Notes: generated from the sequence alone by a model not told the origin. 49,816 nucleotides of DNA from Proteromonas lacertae (GCA_002245135.1 NGBS01000340.1:1-49816), one strand, 5' to 3'. Positions 13,169 to 25,414 are shown, numbered from the stretch's first letter. A program made the numbers and translations.

Positions 13169-15036
13169 CTTCCTCCTCCTTTTGCTACCACTTTGCGACT
13201 TTCATTTAAACCACAATATTTATATTCACAATTTTCATTTTTATTATATTCCTATTTTATTATATTATATAAATATAGATTATTTATACTTTGATTGATT
13301 TTTCTATTTTTGTTTCATTAGTTTCTAATCTCTCACCATCTAATAATATTTTTATAAATATTCCATTCATTATTAAATCAAAATAATTGTTTTCATCCAA
13401 TATAAAATAAACAAAATGTTTTGCACCATCAGGATGATGAACTAAGATTGGCTTATCATAATTTAGTCTAAAATTTTTATCTTCTTTCACATTTAATTGT
13501 ATTATATCTTTACTCAATTCATATGATATCATTTGCTTCATTACACCTCTTTTCATTTCTTTATCATCATTCTTAATTTCATTATAATATCGACATAATT
13601 CACTATATTCTGGTTCATTCTTAGGTGGATAGAATTTATTCATTATGTATTTTTCAACCTTCTCAGATATGAATTTTAAATGATCTTTTGGTACTAATAC
13701 TTCATGACCTAAATAAGCATTCATTTCTTTTTCATAATCATATCTTAATATTATATTCGATAATCCATTATTATCAGTTAATCTTTCTTCTTTCATATAA
13801 TTACTAACAAAATTATTATAACCAATTGTACCAACTACACTATCTATTAACTTCACATAATATTTCCAATAATCTCTACCATAATTCTCTTTATATAAAT
13901 GATGAAAGTAAATCAATCTAGGAATATTACCATATGTTTTACATATTTCTTCAAATTCATCATCTCTGTCAATACCAATACATTTATCAAACCATTTTAC
14001 TACTTCTTCATAACTTAATGTTTCGAAATATAATTCAGTTATATCTCTTCTAGCTTTGTATGTTTTAAAATTATTTTCATCTGGTGAACTAATGGATATT
14101 ACGATATTATTTGGTTTATATTCGCCATTATAAGTGTCAACTATTATTATTGACTCTGTAACATCATTCATGTTTGTATCTACTATACAGATTTTGCCAT
14201 CTTGGTTAAGTTTATACACTTGCTTTTCAAGTGGATTACCATTTTTTTTTCCTTTTACTACATATATACCATTTATTTCTCTTTCTATTCTTTTATCTTC
14301 ATCCATATATCTATAATCATCATATGTCTTTAAACAATGTAATAGATAATATAAGAAACTTGTTTTACCTATGCCAGGTTGGCCACTTATTATAATTGTT
14401 GGATATACATTTCTGCTCATTAGTTTGATAATATCTTTATACATTTGTAAGTAACACGATCTCTTCAAAATCATTCTCTTTGGAAATTGAAATACATTAA
14501 CACTATCATCTCTAAATCGTAAACAATCTTTATCATCATCTACCAAACTATTTATTATCTTCACAAAATTATCTTCTTCTAACTTTCTTCTTTTACATAT
14601 ATCAAACACAACATTTAATTTTCTTACCATCTTTATTCCTCCTGATATTGTTGATTCTAATAATTCAGGAACATATTTACAGAACATAAACAACTGTGAA
14701 GACAAACTAATAGCATTCTTCTTCTATTCAATATAATACAACTATATACCACTTCTAAAGGATTTAGCTGTTCTTTTTGTCGTTTAATTTTTAATGGTTT
14801 ATGTACAAGTGAAGGGAGTACAGGCTTAACAGTTGGTTTAACAATCTAACATTATAGGAATTTATAATACATTTGTAGCTGTCTTTTTAGACTCATTTCC
14901 TAAAATATCGGTTCTTTTTCTTTTTATACTATCTCTGTATTTTTCTTCTTTACCTATGCAATATATAAATACTTTAAAAAGCAATACATTTTAGTTTTGG
15001 TTCAATAAAATCAACCTTTACAGCAAAGCAGCTCAT
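11558..15036 (-). CDS. Crinkler/RHS-type (CR) protein copy 1: P-loop NTPase + second P-loop NTPase + REase-like domain; frameshifted near C-terminus
   Basis: ATG 15036; introns of 34, 25, 26 and 38 nt join ORFs 13284-14705 and 11656-13191 in frame. Motifs IISGQPGIGKTSFLYYLL, SISSPD, YGNIPR; FGQAGIGKL; GCIYE...FPDIDAF...QFTISKRH. Deletion at ~11668 shifts the tail GRDVNSFP...LLSYVYG* out of frame. Confidence 0.75.
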
Positions 15037-15519
15037 ATTACTATCTATAACTAAATTATATATAAAAAGAGAAAAAAATACCGAATAAAGGAGGTGCGAA
15101 TAATTCAAATGATTGTGAAAATAGCCAATCAAATCATTCAAAATGAATTATCAAGCATTTGGCTTGATCATAATTATTTTTAAATCAATTTTTATTGTGA
15201 TGTAGAAGAAGATTAAAACTAAATATTTGTTAATACCATTGCACTGCATAAAAATGTATAAATATTATGTTATTTGACCTAAACAATAATTGTAATAGAA
15301 TGTTGTGTAATTTCCAAAAGCTTGAGTATAATCCATTTGAATGTTTATAAATTCTAATAAATAATCCTTGAATATAATCCAGTTGAGCAAATCTCCCTTA
15401 TATCCAAGAAATGAAATGATGGAGATAGAATACTTGACTAATTTACTTTGAATTAGTAAACTAAGCAGGGTTGTATAGATTGGTGATTAATTGTAGTTGT
15501 TGACTGTTTGATATAACTC
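11740..15519. repeat. ~3.8-kb segmental duplication, direct repeat of ~39701-43480
   Basis: Near-identical sequence including ~480 bp upstream of the CR start; identity stops after gatataactc in both copies. Confidence 0.9.
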
Positions 15520-15730
15520 CTTAGAAATTATCATATATTTTTGTTTAAAAGAGAAAAAATAAAAAGGACAAAAGTTGTTCTTTTCTTGTTTTGAGTATTA
15601 TATAATTCAACAGACAAAAACTAATAATAGTATGGCATTAACAATTATAAATTAATATAATTTCATTCTTCATTTTCACTATCACTTATGTCTATATCCA
15701 AACCAACACTTTATGAGTTATCATCTTCTT

Positions 15731-16480
15731 CTATATCATCATTCGTGCATTGTTTTTACAATCATCATTATTTTCACCATCTCCATTATCATTATCTGAC
15801 TTATCTATACTGTTGTTTACAGTTTCTTCAATAGTAGAATCTATTTCATTATCCTCTTCAAGCTCCATTATTCTTTTCTCTTTCAATAACTTAAACTTTA
15901 CTCTCATTAATTCATTGATTACGCTATTTCCTATTCTGTTTCCCTTTTTGCTATGAATCAACCCCTGCATAAAAAAACTGCTTTCTATGAAGCTGCTAGA
16001 AGTAGGGATTGTTTGTTTTATATGAAGCTGCTACGTCTTTTGTGTGTAATGTTGTAAATTCATATGTATAAATCTAAAAATTAATGAATATTAAAATTTA
16101 GCTAAATTTAATCAGTTTATATAACTGTATATATTCAAATAAGCTACTAGTAGTTTATTAATTTACATAATATTCAGATTATGTCAATTTGTTTCATATT
16201 TCTATTATGAAGTGATAGTATTCATGTAAATGTAGAATACATTTATAAGTATGTTATTTAGATAGATTTGAATACTATCTAAATAACATAGGTATATTTG
16301 TTCTTAATAAGGTTAATATATTTTATAAACAATAGTAGATAATATATGTAGTATTTATAAAAACTAATTTTGAAAAAAGGGACAGAAAAGGACATGTTCG
16401 ATTTCCGTACAGGCGAGACGAGAGAAGAAAGGACAGAAAGGAGGATATGGCTCCAGAAGGACGTCCTTTCTGCAAATCAG
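15731..16480 (-). mobile_element. Deleted hAT remnant related to the 34698-36813 element
   Basis: IPTSSSFIESSFFMQGLIHSKKGNRIG (hAT dimerisation motif) plus acidic tail; GGACA-rich subterminal tract 16378-16470 ending aaggacgtcctttctgcaaatcag, compare aaggacgtcttttgcctaactcag at 36790-36813; other end not found. Confidence 0.7.
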
Positions 16481-16904
16481 ATTTAATTTATTATTTTATT
16501 ATGTATTGTTTTGAAAAGTTATATACAGTAATCAATTTAAAAGCAAGAAAGACCAAACATATGGAAGTAATATGTAGATATATCTCTATCTTTATTTGTA
16601 TTTTATATCATGAAGTAAAGCAAAGAAATTAACAAAATCAAATGAAAAGATAGAATAAAGGTAAAAATGGAGATAATTATGATGAAGAATTTATCCCAAC
16701 AATTTCGAAAGAAGAAAGATGGTCAAGTAAAGAAGAAATATAAAAGAGAATGATGAATATAGTATAAAATATGAAATATTAAAAATGAAACAAAAAAATA
16801 TGAAAAATGAGAGAAAGATGTTGAATGATTATTATGAATCATTTTTAAAAATGTCCAAAAACAAAGCAAAATAAAACTAAATTAAAACCAAATCATAATA
16901 TATA

Positions 16905-17900
16905 CCTTCATCCTCCTTTGTCAGAATTGTAAATGCTGTTATATATCTACCAGTTCTACCAATATGATGAGAATATTTATCAACTCCTCTTATAATATCC
17001 TCTTTTGGAAAATCATAATTAAAAAAAAAATCAACTCCTTTTATATCCAGTCCTCTTCCAGCTACATCTGTAGCAATAAGTATATCAGAATCACCATTTT
17101 TGAATTTATTAAGTACTTCACTTCTTTGGAATTGACTTTTACCACCATGTAATACAACTGTTTTATATCTTACATCTTATTAAATAGAATAATTGGAGCT
17201 TTACATTGTCTTAATATTCTTATTAAATCATTTAGTTTATCCTTTTCACTTGTCATTTCTATTATTTGTTTAATTCTCCACTTCAGTAGCCATTGTTGCT
17301 GAAAACATAACAGTTGTTCTATAATTTTATTCTTCATCTTTTGATTCAGCTGGTAATTTAGCTGTTTTTCATTGATTTCTTCATTTTCATCTTTCATTTG
17401 AATTATCATGTATGACATTATACTATTTATCTATTTTATTGTAATATATATAAATATATAATAATATAATTATTCTTCAAAGTTCATATTCAATATAATT
17501 ACATATATTCAATACAATATTTATATCCAATCAATATATCACATCCTAAGTTCATATTGAAATTCTGCTCTTCTACCAATAATTACATACTATATATATA
17601 TATAATATGAAGGTATTACTATATGCACATGATATTTTACAGTATTTTGATAATTCTTTTGCATTTTCTACAATCTGTTCAACCAATTCCTTTGTTTGTG
17701 CTAATATAACAGCTAATAGCCATCTAATGAAGTCTTCTCTCTAAATGAAGCTGCAATATTCATAATATATGATAATAATAAACCAGATTCAGCAATACTG
17801 ATATATCTTTCTTCACTAAACCAATTGGAATTGACTCTCTTTGAATTGGAGCTGGTTCATCCAAATATCTTATTGTATTCTCTGTTCTTCCTCTTTCAAT
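16905..17900 (-). pseudogene. Degenerate DEAD-box helicase, Prp28/DDX23-like
   Basis: Minus-strand pieces in shifting frames: ILAQTKELVEQI, YRTTVMFSATMATEVE, DILIATDVAGRGLDIKGVD, NYDFP, HHIGRTGR; internal deletions. Confidence 0.75.
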
Positions 17901-17991
17901 TTTGATTAAAAGGTTTGGCTTGTGTTATAGAATATGGTGTTCGAAAATATAATTTTGAAAATATATTTTATATTTTGATATAAAAAAGGAT

Positions 17992-20900
17992 ATGGTATAT
18001 ATTAAAAAATATTATTATTTTTTTTATGTTTTATAGGAATTAAAGAAAAGGATATATAAGAGAAAAAGAGAAAGAACCGATATTTTAGGAAATGTGTCTA
18101 AAAAGACAGCTACAAATGTATTATAAATTCCTATAATGTTAGATTGTTAAACCAACTGTTAAGCCTGTACTCCCTTCACTTGTACATAAACCATTAAAAA
18201 TTAAACGACAAAAAGAACAGCTAAATCCTTTAGAAGTGGTATATAGTTGTATTATATTGAATAGAAGAAGAATGCTATTAGTTTGTCTTCACAGTTGTTT
18301 ATGTTCTGTAAATATGTTCCTGAATTATTAGAATCAACAATATCAGGAGGAATAAAGATGGTAAGAAAATTAAATGTTGTGTTTGATATATGTAAAAGAA
18401 GAAAGTTAGAAGAAGATAATTTTGTGAAGATAATAAATAGTTTGGTAGATGATGATAAAGATTGTTTACGATTTAGAGATGATAGTGTTAATGTATTTCA
18501 ATTTCCAAAGAGAATGATTTTGAAGAGATCGTGTTACTTACAAATGTATAAAGATATTATCAAACTAATGAGCAGAAATGTATATCCAACAATTATAATA
18601 AGTGGCCAACCTGGCATAGGTAAAACAAGTTTCTTATATTATCTATTACATTGTTTAAAGACATATGATGATTATAGATATATGGATGAAGATAAAAGAA
18701 TAGAAAGAGAAATAAATGGTATATATGTAGTAAAAGGAAAAAAAAATGGTAATCCACTTGAAAAGCAAGTGTATAAACTTAACCAAGATGGCAAAATCTG
18801 TATAGTAGATACAAACATGAATGATGTTACAGAGTCAATAATAATAGTTGACACTTATAATGGCGAATATAAACCAAATAATATCGTAATATCCATTAGT
18901 TCACCAGATGAAAATAATTTTAAAACATACAAAGCTAGAAGAGATATAACTGAATTATATTTCGAAACATTAAGTTATGAAGAAGTAGTAAAATGGTTTG
19001 ATAAATGTATTGGTATTGACAGAGATGATAAAATATTTGAAGAAATATGTAAAACATATGGTAATATTCCACGACAAATTTACTTTCATCATTTATATAA
19101 AGAGAATTATGGTAGAGATTATTGGGATTATTATGTGAAGTTAATAGATAGTGTAGTTGGTACAATTGGTTATAATAATTTTGTTAGTAATTATATGGAA
19201 GAAGAAAAACTATTAAAAAATAATGGATTATCGAATATAATATTGAGATATGATTATGAAAAAGAAATGAATGAGGTATTAGGTCATAAAGTATTGAAGC
19301 CAAAAGATCATTTAAAATTCATATCTGAGAAGGTTGAAAAATACATAATGAATAAATTCTATCCACCTAAGAATGAACCAGAATATAGTGAATTATGTCG
19401 ATATTATGATGAAATTAAGAATGATGATAAAGAAATGAAAAGAGGTGTAATGAAACAAATGATATCATATGAATTGAGTAAAGATATAATACAATTAAAT
19501 GTGAAAGAAGATAAGAATTTTAGACTAAATTATGATAAGCCAATCTTAGTTCATCATCCTGATGGTGCAAAACATTTTGTTTATTTTATATTGGATGAAA
19601 ACAATTATTTTGATTTAATAATGAATGGAATATTTATAAAAATATTATTAGATGGTGAGAGATTAGAAACTAATGAAACAAAAATAGAAAAATCAATCAA
19701 AGTATAAATAATCTATATTTATATAATATAATAAAATAGGAATATAATAAAAATGAAAATTGTGAATATAAATATTGTGGTTTAAATGAAAGTCTCAAAG
19801 TGGTAGGAAAAGGAGGAAGAAGAAGAAGAAGAAGAAGTAATGTATTAGTAGAAGAAGTAAAAGAAAGAAAAGAAGAAGAAGAAGAAGAAGAAGAAGAAGA
19901 AGAAGAGGAAGATGATGAAAAGGAAGAAGATGTAACTGAAAATCCACCACCATTATGTAAACTACTAGAAAAAGTGGATTTTGAAATATTTGCTGATATA
20001 GATGCTAATACTATTTATTTGATGAGAAAATGTTATAAATCAATTTTGGATATTATTTATCCTGAAGGTATGAATCTAGATTTTAAACATCAAAAGAACT
20101 ATTTAATATTTGGACAAGCTGGAATAGGAAAATTAATATTAGCGAATGTTATAAAAGAATACATTCATGAAAAGAGGAATGAAAATGTTAGAATAAAACA
20201 TATAAATGGAAATGGAAGAATAAAAGGTTATAATGAATGTGAAATAGACAAAGATTATATATTAATTTGTGATGGAGGTGTAATTGGAGAAGATGATTAT
20301 GCTGATGCAAAAATGATAATACTATTAGCTGATCCATGTGATAAAAAGTATAAAACATTTCAGAGTAAGAGATGTCCTCTGGTGATGTATATACCTCCAT
20401 TTACAAAAGAAGAAATAGAAGAAGTAATAATTCTAGAAAATCCCAAAAATATTTTACCTACAAGACATTTTATTAATAGATGTGAATTAAGAGAAAGATC
20501 AACATTAAAATCTGGAGATATAAAGGGTTATGAAAGAAGAATAAAATTATATAGAAAGAATTATGAATATTATGGAGGTATAATTGGAAATAAACGTTTA
20601 AATGAAGAAACAATTATGAAGGAACTTATTAGAATGAAGGAAAATGAAAGGTTAGAAGACATAATAAATGGAATTGATGTATGTTCTATTTCAAAAGGTT
20701 GTGATAAAATAATAATATATGAAACATGTAAAGATGTTACTAAATCCAATCATTTGATATTCATATCTAAAACAATTCAAAAAATGGCTAAGAAAATATT
20801 ATTCAAAATTACTTCAATAGAAGAATGCAAAGAGATGATAAATTTATTGTTTAAATCTACAAATGGAAGTATAATTGGATGTATATATGAGAATATAATG

Positions 20901-21119
20901 TTATATTTATTGGAAAGTAATGAAAGATTTAGAGAAATGATAATAAATAAAATGTGTGATTTAAATAACAATTTAAAAGAAATGAATTTATTCGATTTAA
21001 GTTACAATGGAGGTGGTATAAATACAAAGAAAGGTAGAGATGTAAATTCATTTCTATTTTGTCGTAGAACAATTCCTATACCATATGAAGCATTATTGCT
21101 ATATGTGTATAATTTGTGA
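17992..21119 (+). CDS. CR protein copy 2 (inverted relative to copies 1 and 3), different first exons, REase core deleted
   Basis: ATG 17992, intron 17995-18036, then ELKKRIYKRKRERTDIL; intron 19702-19739 joins ORFs 18283-19707 and 19800-21119 in frame; FPDIDA...QFTISKRH missing. Confidence 0.7.
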
Positions 21120-21172
21120 TTAACAATATGAATAGAGAATTACATGCATATTATCATGTTGGTAAATATGCA

Positions 21173-21649
21173 TATGTGTATAACATGTTACAAAATACAG
21201 ATTAATAGAAATATTAATAGATTTTTGTTATTATTTTTATTATCTGTTTATTATGATCACTTAAAACAGGGATGTATGAAATGGTCATGTCAGAAAGGTC
21301 GGTTTTTGACCAATTGGTTGATGAGTTTTTACTATTCTTGTATTTTGATGTTATACTTTCCAATGAGTAATACTATTACGTTATATATTTAATATATAGT
21401 TCGGAATGATATTAAAAATTTGAAAGAAAGATGACAAACTTTTTGGCTTGATAGAAATGTATTTTCTTGTATTTCTATATTTTCACACTTACAATCATTT
21501 AGAGTGAATTGTTGTGATATCAATAATATCTATGCTACTTAATTTAACTTCTGATAATGTTAGAAACATTTGTAGAGGAGTGTTTAGTCAAATTTCTCTG
21601 TGTCAGGCTATATTGAATAATAAAATGAGATATCAATTAATATTTATTA
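21173..21649. repeat. ~475-bp dispersed direct repeat, copy 2; ends at the left border of the virus-like island
   Basis: Matches 10338-10814. Confidence 0.85.
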
Positions 21650-21655
21650 TGAGAT

Positions 21656-22036
21656 ATCGATTGCATCGATGAAGCTCCCGTAAAGGTCAACTCTGAATCT
21701 AGAAAGGGACGGACTCCTAGAACACTCGTTAGAACTCTGTGACAATGTCCCATAGTCCCATTTACGTAAGGTTCCTACGGGATTCCTCCCAATAGGGCCT
21801 ACTTCTCAACGGGGTCTACTTCCCTACGGGAACTCCTGTAAGCTATTTCTATACCTACCTATACCTATCTATGAGACGATCTCCTACGGGTACTCCTGGA
21901 AGCTATCTAGAAGTGTTGGTTACCTCGAGGTGATGAATCTAATCACGTTCTTGACTCTCCTTGCTACGCTGGTGACCTTGTAAGGGCTTTTAATTGAACC
22001 GTGGAAACCAATCGTGGAACCGGGAGTTTACAATTG
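21656..22036 (+). repeat. Left terminal inverted repeat, truncated at the hairpin tip
   Basis: Reverse complement of 34517-34697 plus 36822-37006, roughly 90% identical by eye; begins ATCGAT-TGC-ATCGATGAAG. Confidence 0.9.
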
Positions 22037-22220
22037 GTAACAAGTTAACAATTGTTAACAAGTTACCAAATGGTAACTCCGGGAGGTTCTAGCTAGTTGT
22101 GGATTTCTCAAGGGCCCTTAAAGATAATGATTAGCAATCTCGGAAGGCTTGTGAAGGTATGCTTTTCTTACTATATCTAGGAACAACCCGACAACTACAA
22201 GAGACTAACAAGACTGATAA

Positions 22221-22637
22221 TTACTTAGCTGATGATAAATTAACTAGTGCGTCTAGAGCATCTTCCATTACCTGGTGATTTCTTAGCTCAGAGAATCGTC
22301 TATCGATGTATTGCTTTAGCTGAGTGATGTTGAATTGCAAGGAGTAGGAGAATTGAAGGAGGTCCAATTCATGAAGAAGATAATTACGAAGGCTAGCTGC
22401 TAGCTCAATTCCCTTGTAATATTGCGGGTCCTTGAGGATAGGTATATCAAAGATAGCACTTACTGATTGTTTCACTTGATCGTAGAAGCTACCAGTCACT
22501 GTTGATGGGAACTGAGTCTTGACTTCTCCGGTGCTTACATTTAAGCTACTTTCAAAGGCCTTACAATAGCTTTCTAACTCAAGGTGGATCTTATCGAATT
22601 GACTTACTACTTGAAGAACATTGTCCTGGACGATCAT
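22221..22637 (-). CDS. Island hypothetical protein, family 'ILxDPxYY...LRxYLL' (may be the frameshifted 3' part of 22634-23293)
   Basis: PILKDPQYYKG...LRNYLL...LKQYID matches VILNDPEYYNA...LRDYLL...LKEFIN in 25415-25780. Confidence 0.5.
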   Translation of the reverse strand: MIVQDNVLQVVSQFDKIHLELESYCKAFESSLNVSTGEVKTQFPSTVTGSFYDQVKQSVSAIFDIPILKDPQYYKGIELAASLRNYLLHELDLLQFSYSLQFNITQLKQYIDRRFSELRNHQVMEDALDALVNLSSAK

Positions 22638-23293
22638 CCGATGAATATGAAGATAAGCACTTTCCCGTAGTTGATAAGTAAACCATCCTTTACAGCTCTC
22701 AGTATCGATACTAAGTCCAAATTCTTACTTACCAAGTGCCTGTACCTTCTAATAGCAATATATGACTCCTTGCTCTTACATCGGAGATTCATCTTCATTG
22801 TTATCAATGCCTTATCACGATAGCAGTCCAAGGAAGTCCTCAGTAGTAGTAACTTGTAATGGGCTATGATCAATGGTAGGTATAAAGGATCGGTAATCTT
22901 GAAGCTCTTAAGTACTCCATCGTAAAGCTTAGTGATCTCAGTAAGTTGCGGACTTACCTTGTTGAAGACTTTAAGATAATCCTGATCGTTAATGGGAGTG
23001 TCTTCTACGTCCTTACCATGAATGATAGTAGAGTCCAGAGTTACCTTGCTATGGATTATCGGGCTGATGTACTTATCAATGGCTTCCTTGTTCCGATATG
23101 GTTTACCATCGATGCGTAGTTTAAGTAAAGTCATGGTGATCTCTTCAATGGACTTACGATAGTTGGTAACTCTCTCTGTTAAGGTATGACGATAAATTCC
23201 AGGCATGACTTTCATTCTCGGCAAGTGACTCTCAACTCTCGGAGTCTTTGAAGGTGCAATGGGAACGTAGCTATGTTTTCTCTTGACGGACAT
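22634..23293 (-). CDS. Island hypothetical protein
   Basis: 219-aa ATG-initiated intronless ORF with island-type codon usage; no recognised domain. Confidence 0.5.
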   Translation of the reverse strand: MSVKRKHSYVPIAPSKTPRVESHLPRMKVMPGIYRHTLTERVTNYRKSIEEITMTLLKLRIDGKPYRNKEAIDKYISPIIHSKVTLDSTIIHGKDVEDTPINDQDYLKVFNKVSPQLTEITKLYDGVLKSFKITDPLYLPLIIAHYKLLLLRTSLDCYRDKALITMKMNLRCKSKESYIAIRRYRHLVSKNLDLVSILRAVKDGLLINYGKVLIFIFIG

Positions 23294-23509
23294 TTGCGAT
23301 GATGATTTTAAAGGAAAAGTACAACTACAGATTTCTGTCGATTCAAAGGACTGAGTTTACAATTACGACTTACCGATGTTAGTTGAATTAGTTTAAGGTA
23401 TTATCAAGGACTAGGATAAGTTAATGAACAGGTAAGGCAAGACATCTACGATAAGGTAAAGTCATCGAGCAATCGATAGTAAGCAATTTCCTAGAGGTTC
23501 AAAGGATTC

Positions 23510-24085
23510 ATGTTCACTTGTAGTAAATGCCATCGGAAGCTACCTCAAGAACTGAAGAAGGATGGGAAGGGCTTCTACAAGAGATGCTATAGCTGCCGTG
23601 AGCGTGATGAGATTAATAGAAGACGATATCAACTTAAATGTTTAGCACGAAGACAAGGCATAGAGTCAGGTAGAATTTCATTGGATGGAACACTACCTTG
23701 TTGTCTTTGCTATCATAACATACCGGTGAATTCATTCCTGAAGAAGACTGGAGGTTACTATAAGTGCTGCGATCAATGTAGGAGTATCAGTAAACAGTAT
23801 CATAAGAGAATGAAGGAATTCAATCGCCAGCTCAACATTATCGACAACTCCAATATTAAAGATGTTCAATCTACTAATCAAGGTAAAGTCATCTCCTCCG
23901 AGGAAGGTGCTTCTGATAAAGTTATACTCAAGGACTATCCCATACAGGTGAACTTATCGGTGTTAGCAAAGCCAGACAATGTCGAGGTAATCAACTCCGA
24001 GGAAGCGCATAAGGAGACGTTCATCGATCAAGTAAAGCGTGGATTCCAAGAGCTACTTAAGATGATCGGACTCAACAAGAACTAG
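23510..24085 (+). CDS. Double CxxC...CxxC zinc-finger protein (paralog 1)
   Basis: CSKC...FYKRCYSCR and LPCCLC...FLKKTGGYYKCCDQCRS. Confidence 0.7.
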   Translation: MFTCSKCHRKLPQELKKDGKGFYKRCYSCRERDEINRRRYQLKCLARRQGIESGRISLDGTLPCCLCYHNIPVNSFLKKTGGYYKCCDQCRSISKQYHKRMKEFNRQLNIIDNSNIKDVQSTNQGKVISSEEGASDKVILKDYPIQVNLSVLAKPDNVEVINSEEAHKETFIDQVKRGFQELLKMIGLNKN

Positions 24086-24249
24086 GAACTGGGATCATGA
24101 TCAAGACAATGATGAGTAAGTCAATGGAGGCCACTACAATTAACTCAAGGAAGGTAAAAGACCCGATAAGGAATAGATAAGGTACTGAAGGATAGGTGAT
24201 CATCAGCTAGTAAACAAATTCTCTTTACCTAGCAATTCAAGTCCCCAAC

Positions 24250-24525
24250 ATGAATATCATCTTCCGAGTAATTGTAGTCTCCTTACAAGATGCCCTCAAT
24301 TACTTATACGAGAATTTCATGTTCCTGACTAACGCGATGGCAATTGGAATCATCGGTACATTCCTTCTTTGTTTCAACTTTGCTAAGTGGTGTTGGACTC
24401 GTAGTAAGTGTTGTTGTAGATGGTGCTGCTTCCTCGGGAGTATTGTAGTTACTTTCATCGTCCTCTTCATAATAGTCACGATCATTACCTTGGTAAGCAA
24501 TGGAACGCCCGTAGTTGTTAGTTAA
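24250..24525 (+). CDS. Small membrane protein with Cys/Trp cluster between two hydrophobic segments
   Basis: AIGIIGTFLLCF-NFAKWCWTRSKCCCRWCC-FLGSIVVTFIVLFIIVTIITLV. Confidence 0.5.
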   Translation: MNIIFRVIVVSLQDALNYLYENFMFLTNAMAIGIIGTFLLCFNFAKWCWTRSKCCCRWCCFLGSIVVTFIVLFIIVTIITLVSNGTPVVVS

Positions 24526-24744
24526 GCCTTACAGCTTCGGTCTTTACAATGATGTGGTATGGGGACGATCATTAACAATAAACCAAGGAGTTCAAAGGCC
24601 TTTAAGTTAAAGAGCTGAAGAAGATGGAAGCTCCCTAGAAGTCAACTCCGAGAAGACAACTTCAAGAAGACAGCTTCAAGATCGTGGCTATGAAGTTGTA
24701 ACCCAACACAAGGCAAAGTAACTATGCTGATGATATTATCAATA

Positions 24745-25338
24745 TTAATAATAAGTCAAGGAGTTGATTAGGGATTCAGTATCGTCCAGGGACCTCTGGA
24801 GGCCATCAGCATCATCAATGATCATCTTCAGGTAGTTGAAGGATTCAGAAGGTGGAATGGCTAAATCATTATCGTGAAGCTGTAGGAGTCGGTACTCACG
24901 GAGTGTAGAGAGCTTAGTATGGATGATTGAGTAGTTCCCATAATTGTCAACGATGTCAGCTCCATGCAAACAACCATTGGGACTTCTATCTTGAGCAGCT
25001 AGCAAGTCATCATGATCTTTCATGATAAGGTAAGTCAAGGACCATAGTTCATCCCTAAGTTCTCCATGCCTGATGTAATTCTCTAGATCATTATCTGAGT
25101 CGTAAAAGTTTAGCTAAGGGTGCTCCCTGATTAAGCTTCCCATCATTCTATTGCAGTGGTTGTAAAGAGTAGTGGATTTAAGAAGACATCTCCTGGTAAG
25201 CTTTACGCACCTGTCTACGACCTGCTTATCGATGACTCCATTAGCATTGATATTGAAATGGACTGGAGATCTCTTAGTCATGGTAAGTGTGTATGCAACT
25301 AAAGCAAGAGATTTTTCAAAGGTAAGGAAATTGAACAA
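24745..25338 (-). pseudogene. Island hypothetical gene split by one in-frame TAG
   Basis: ORFs 25114-25338 and 24745-25038 share a frame: REHP*LNFYDSDNDLENYIRHGELRDELWSLTYLIM. Confidence 0.5.
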
Positions 25339-25414
25339 TACCGGAGATGTTCAAGGAGATGATCAACCCAACACAAGACAAGAAGCAAAGGTAAGGACTA
25401 GATTATAACTTAAG

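Noticed and set aside
9583..13298. Poly-V/L/F antisense ORFs (9583-9828, 13032-13298, also 40993-41259) and other short opposite-strand ORFs
   Set aside because: Shadows of trinucleotide-repeat or coding sequence on the other strand.
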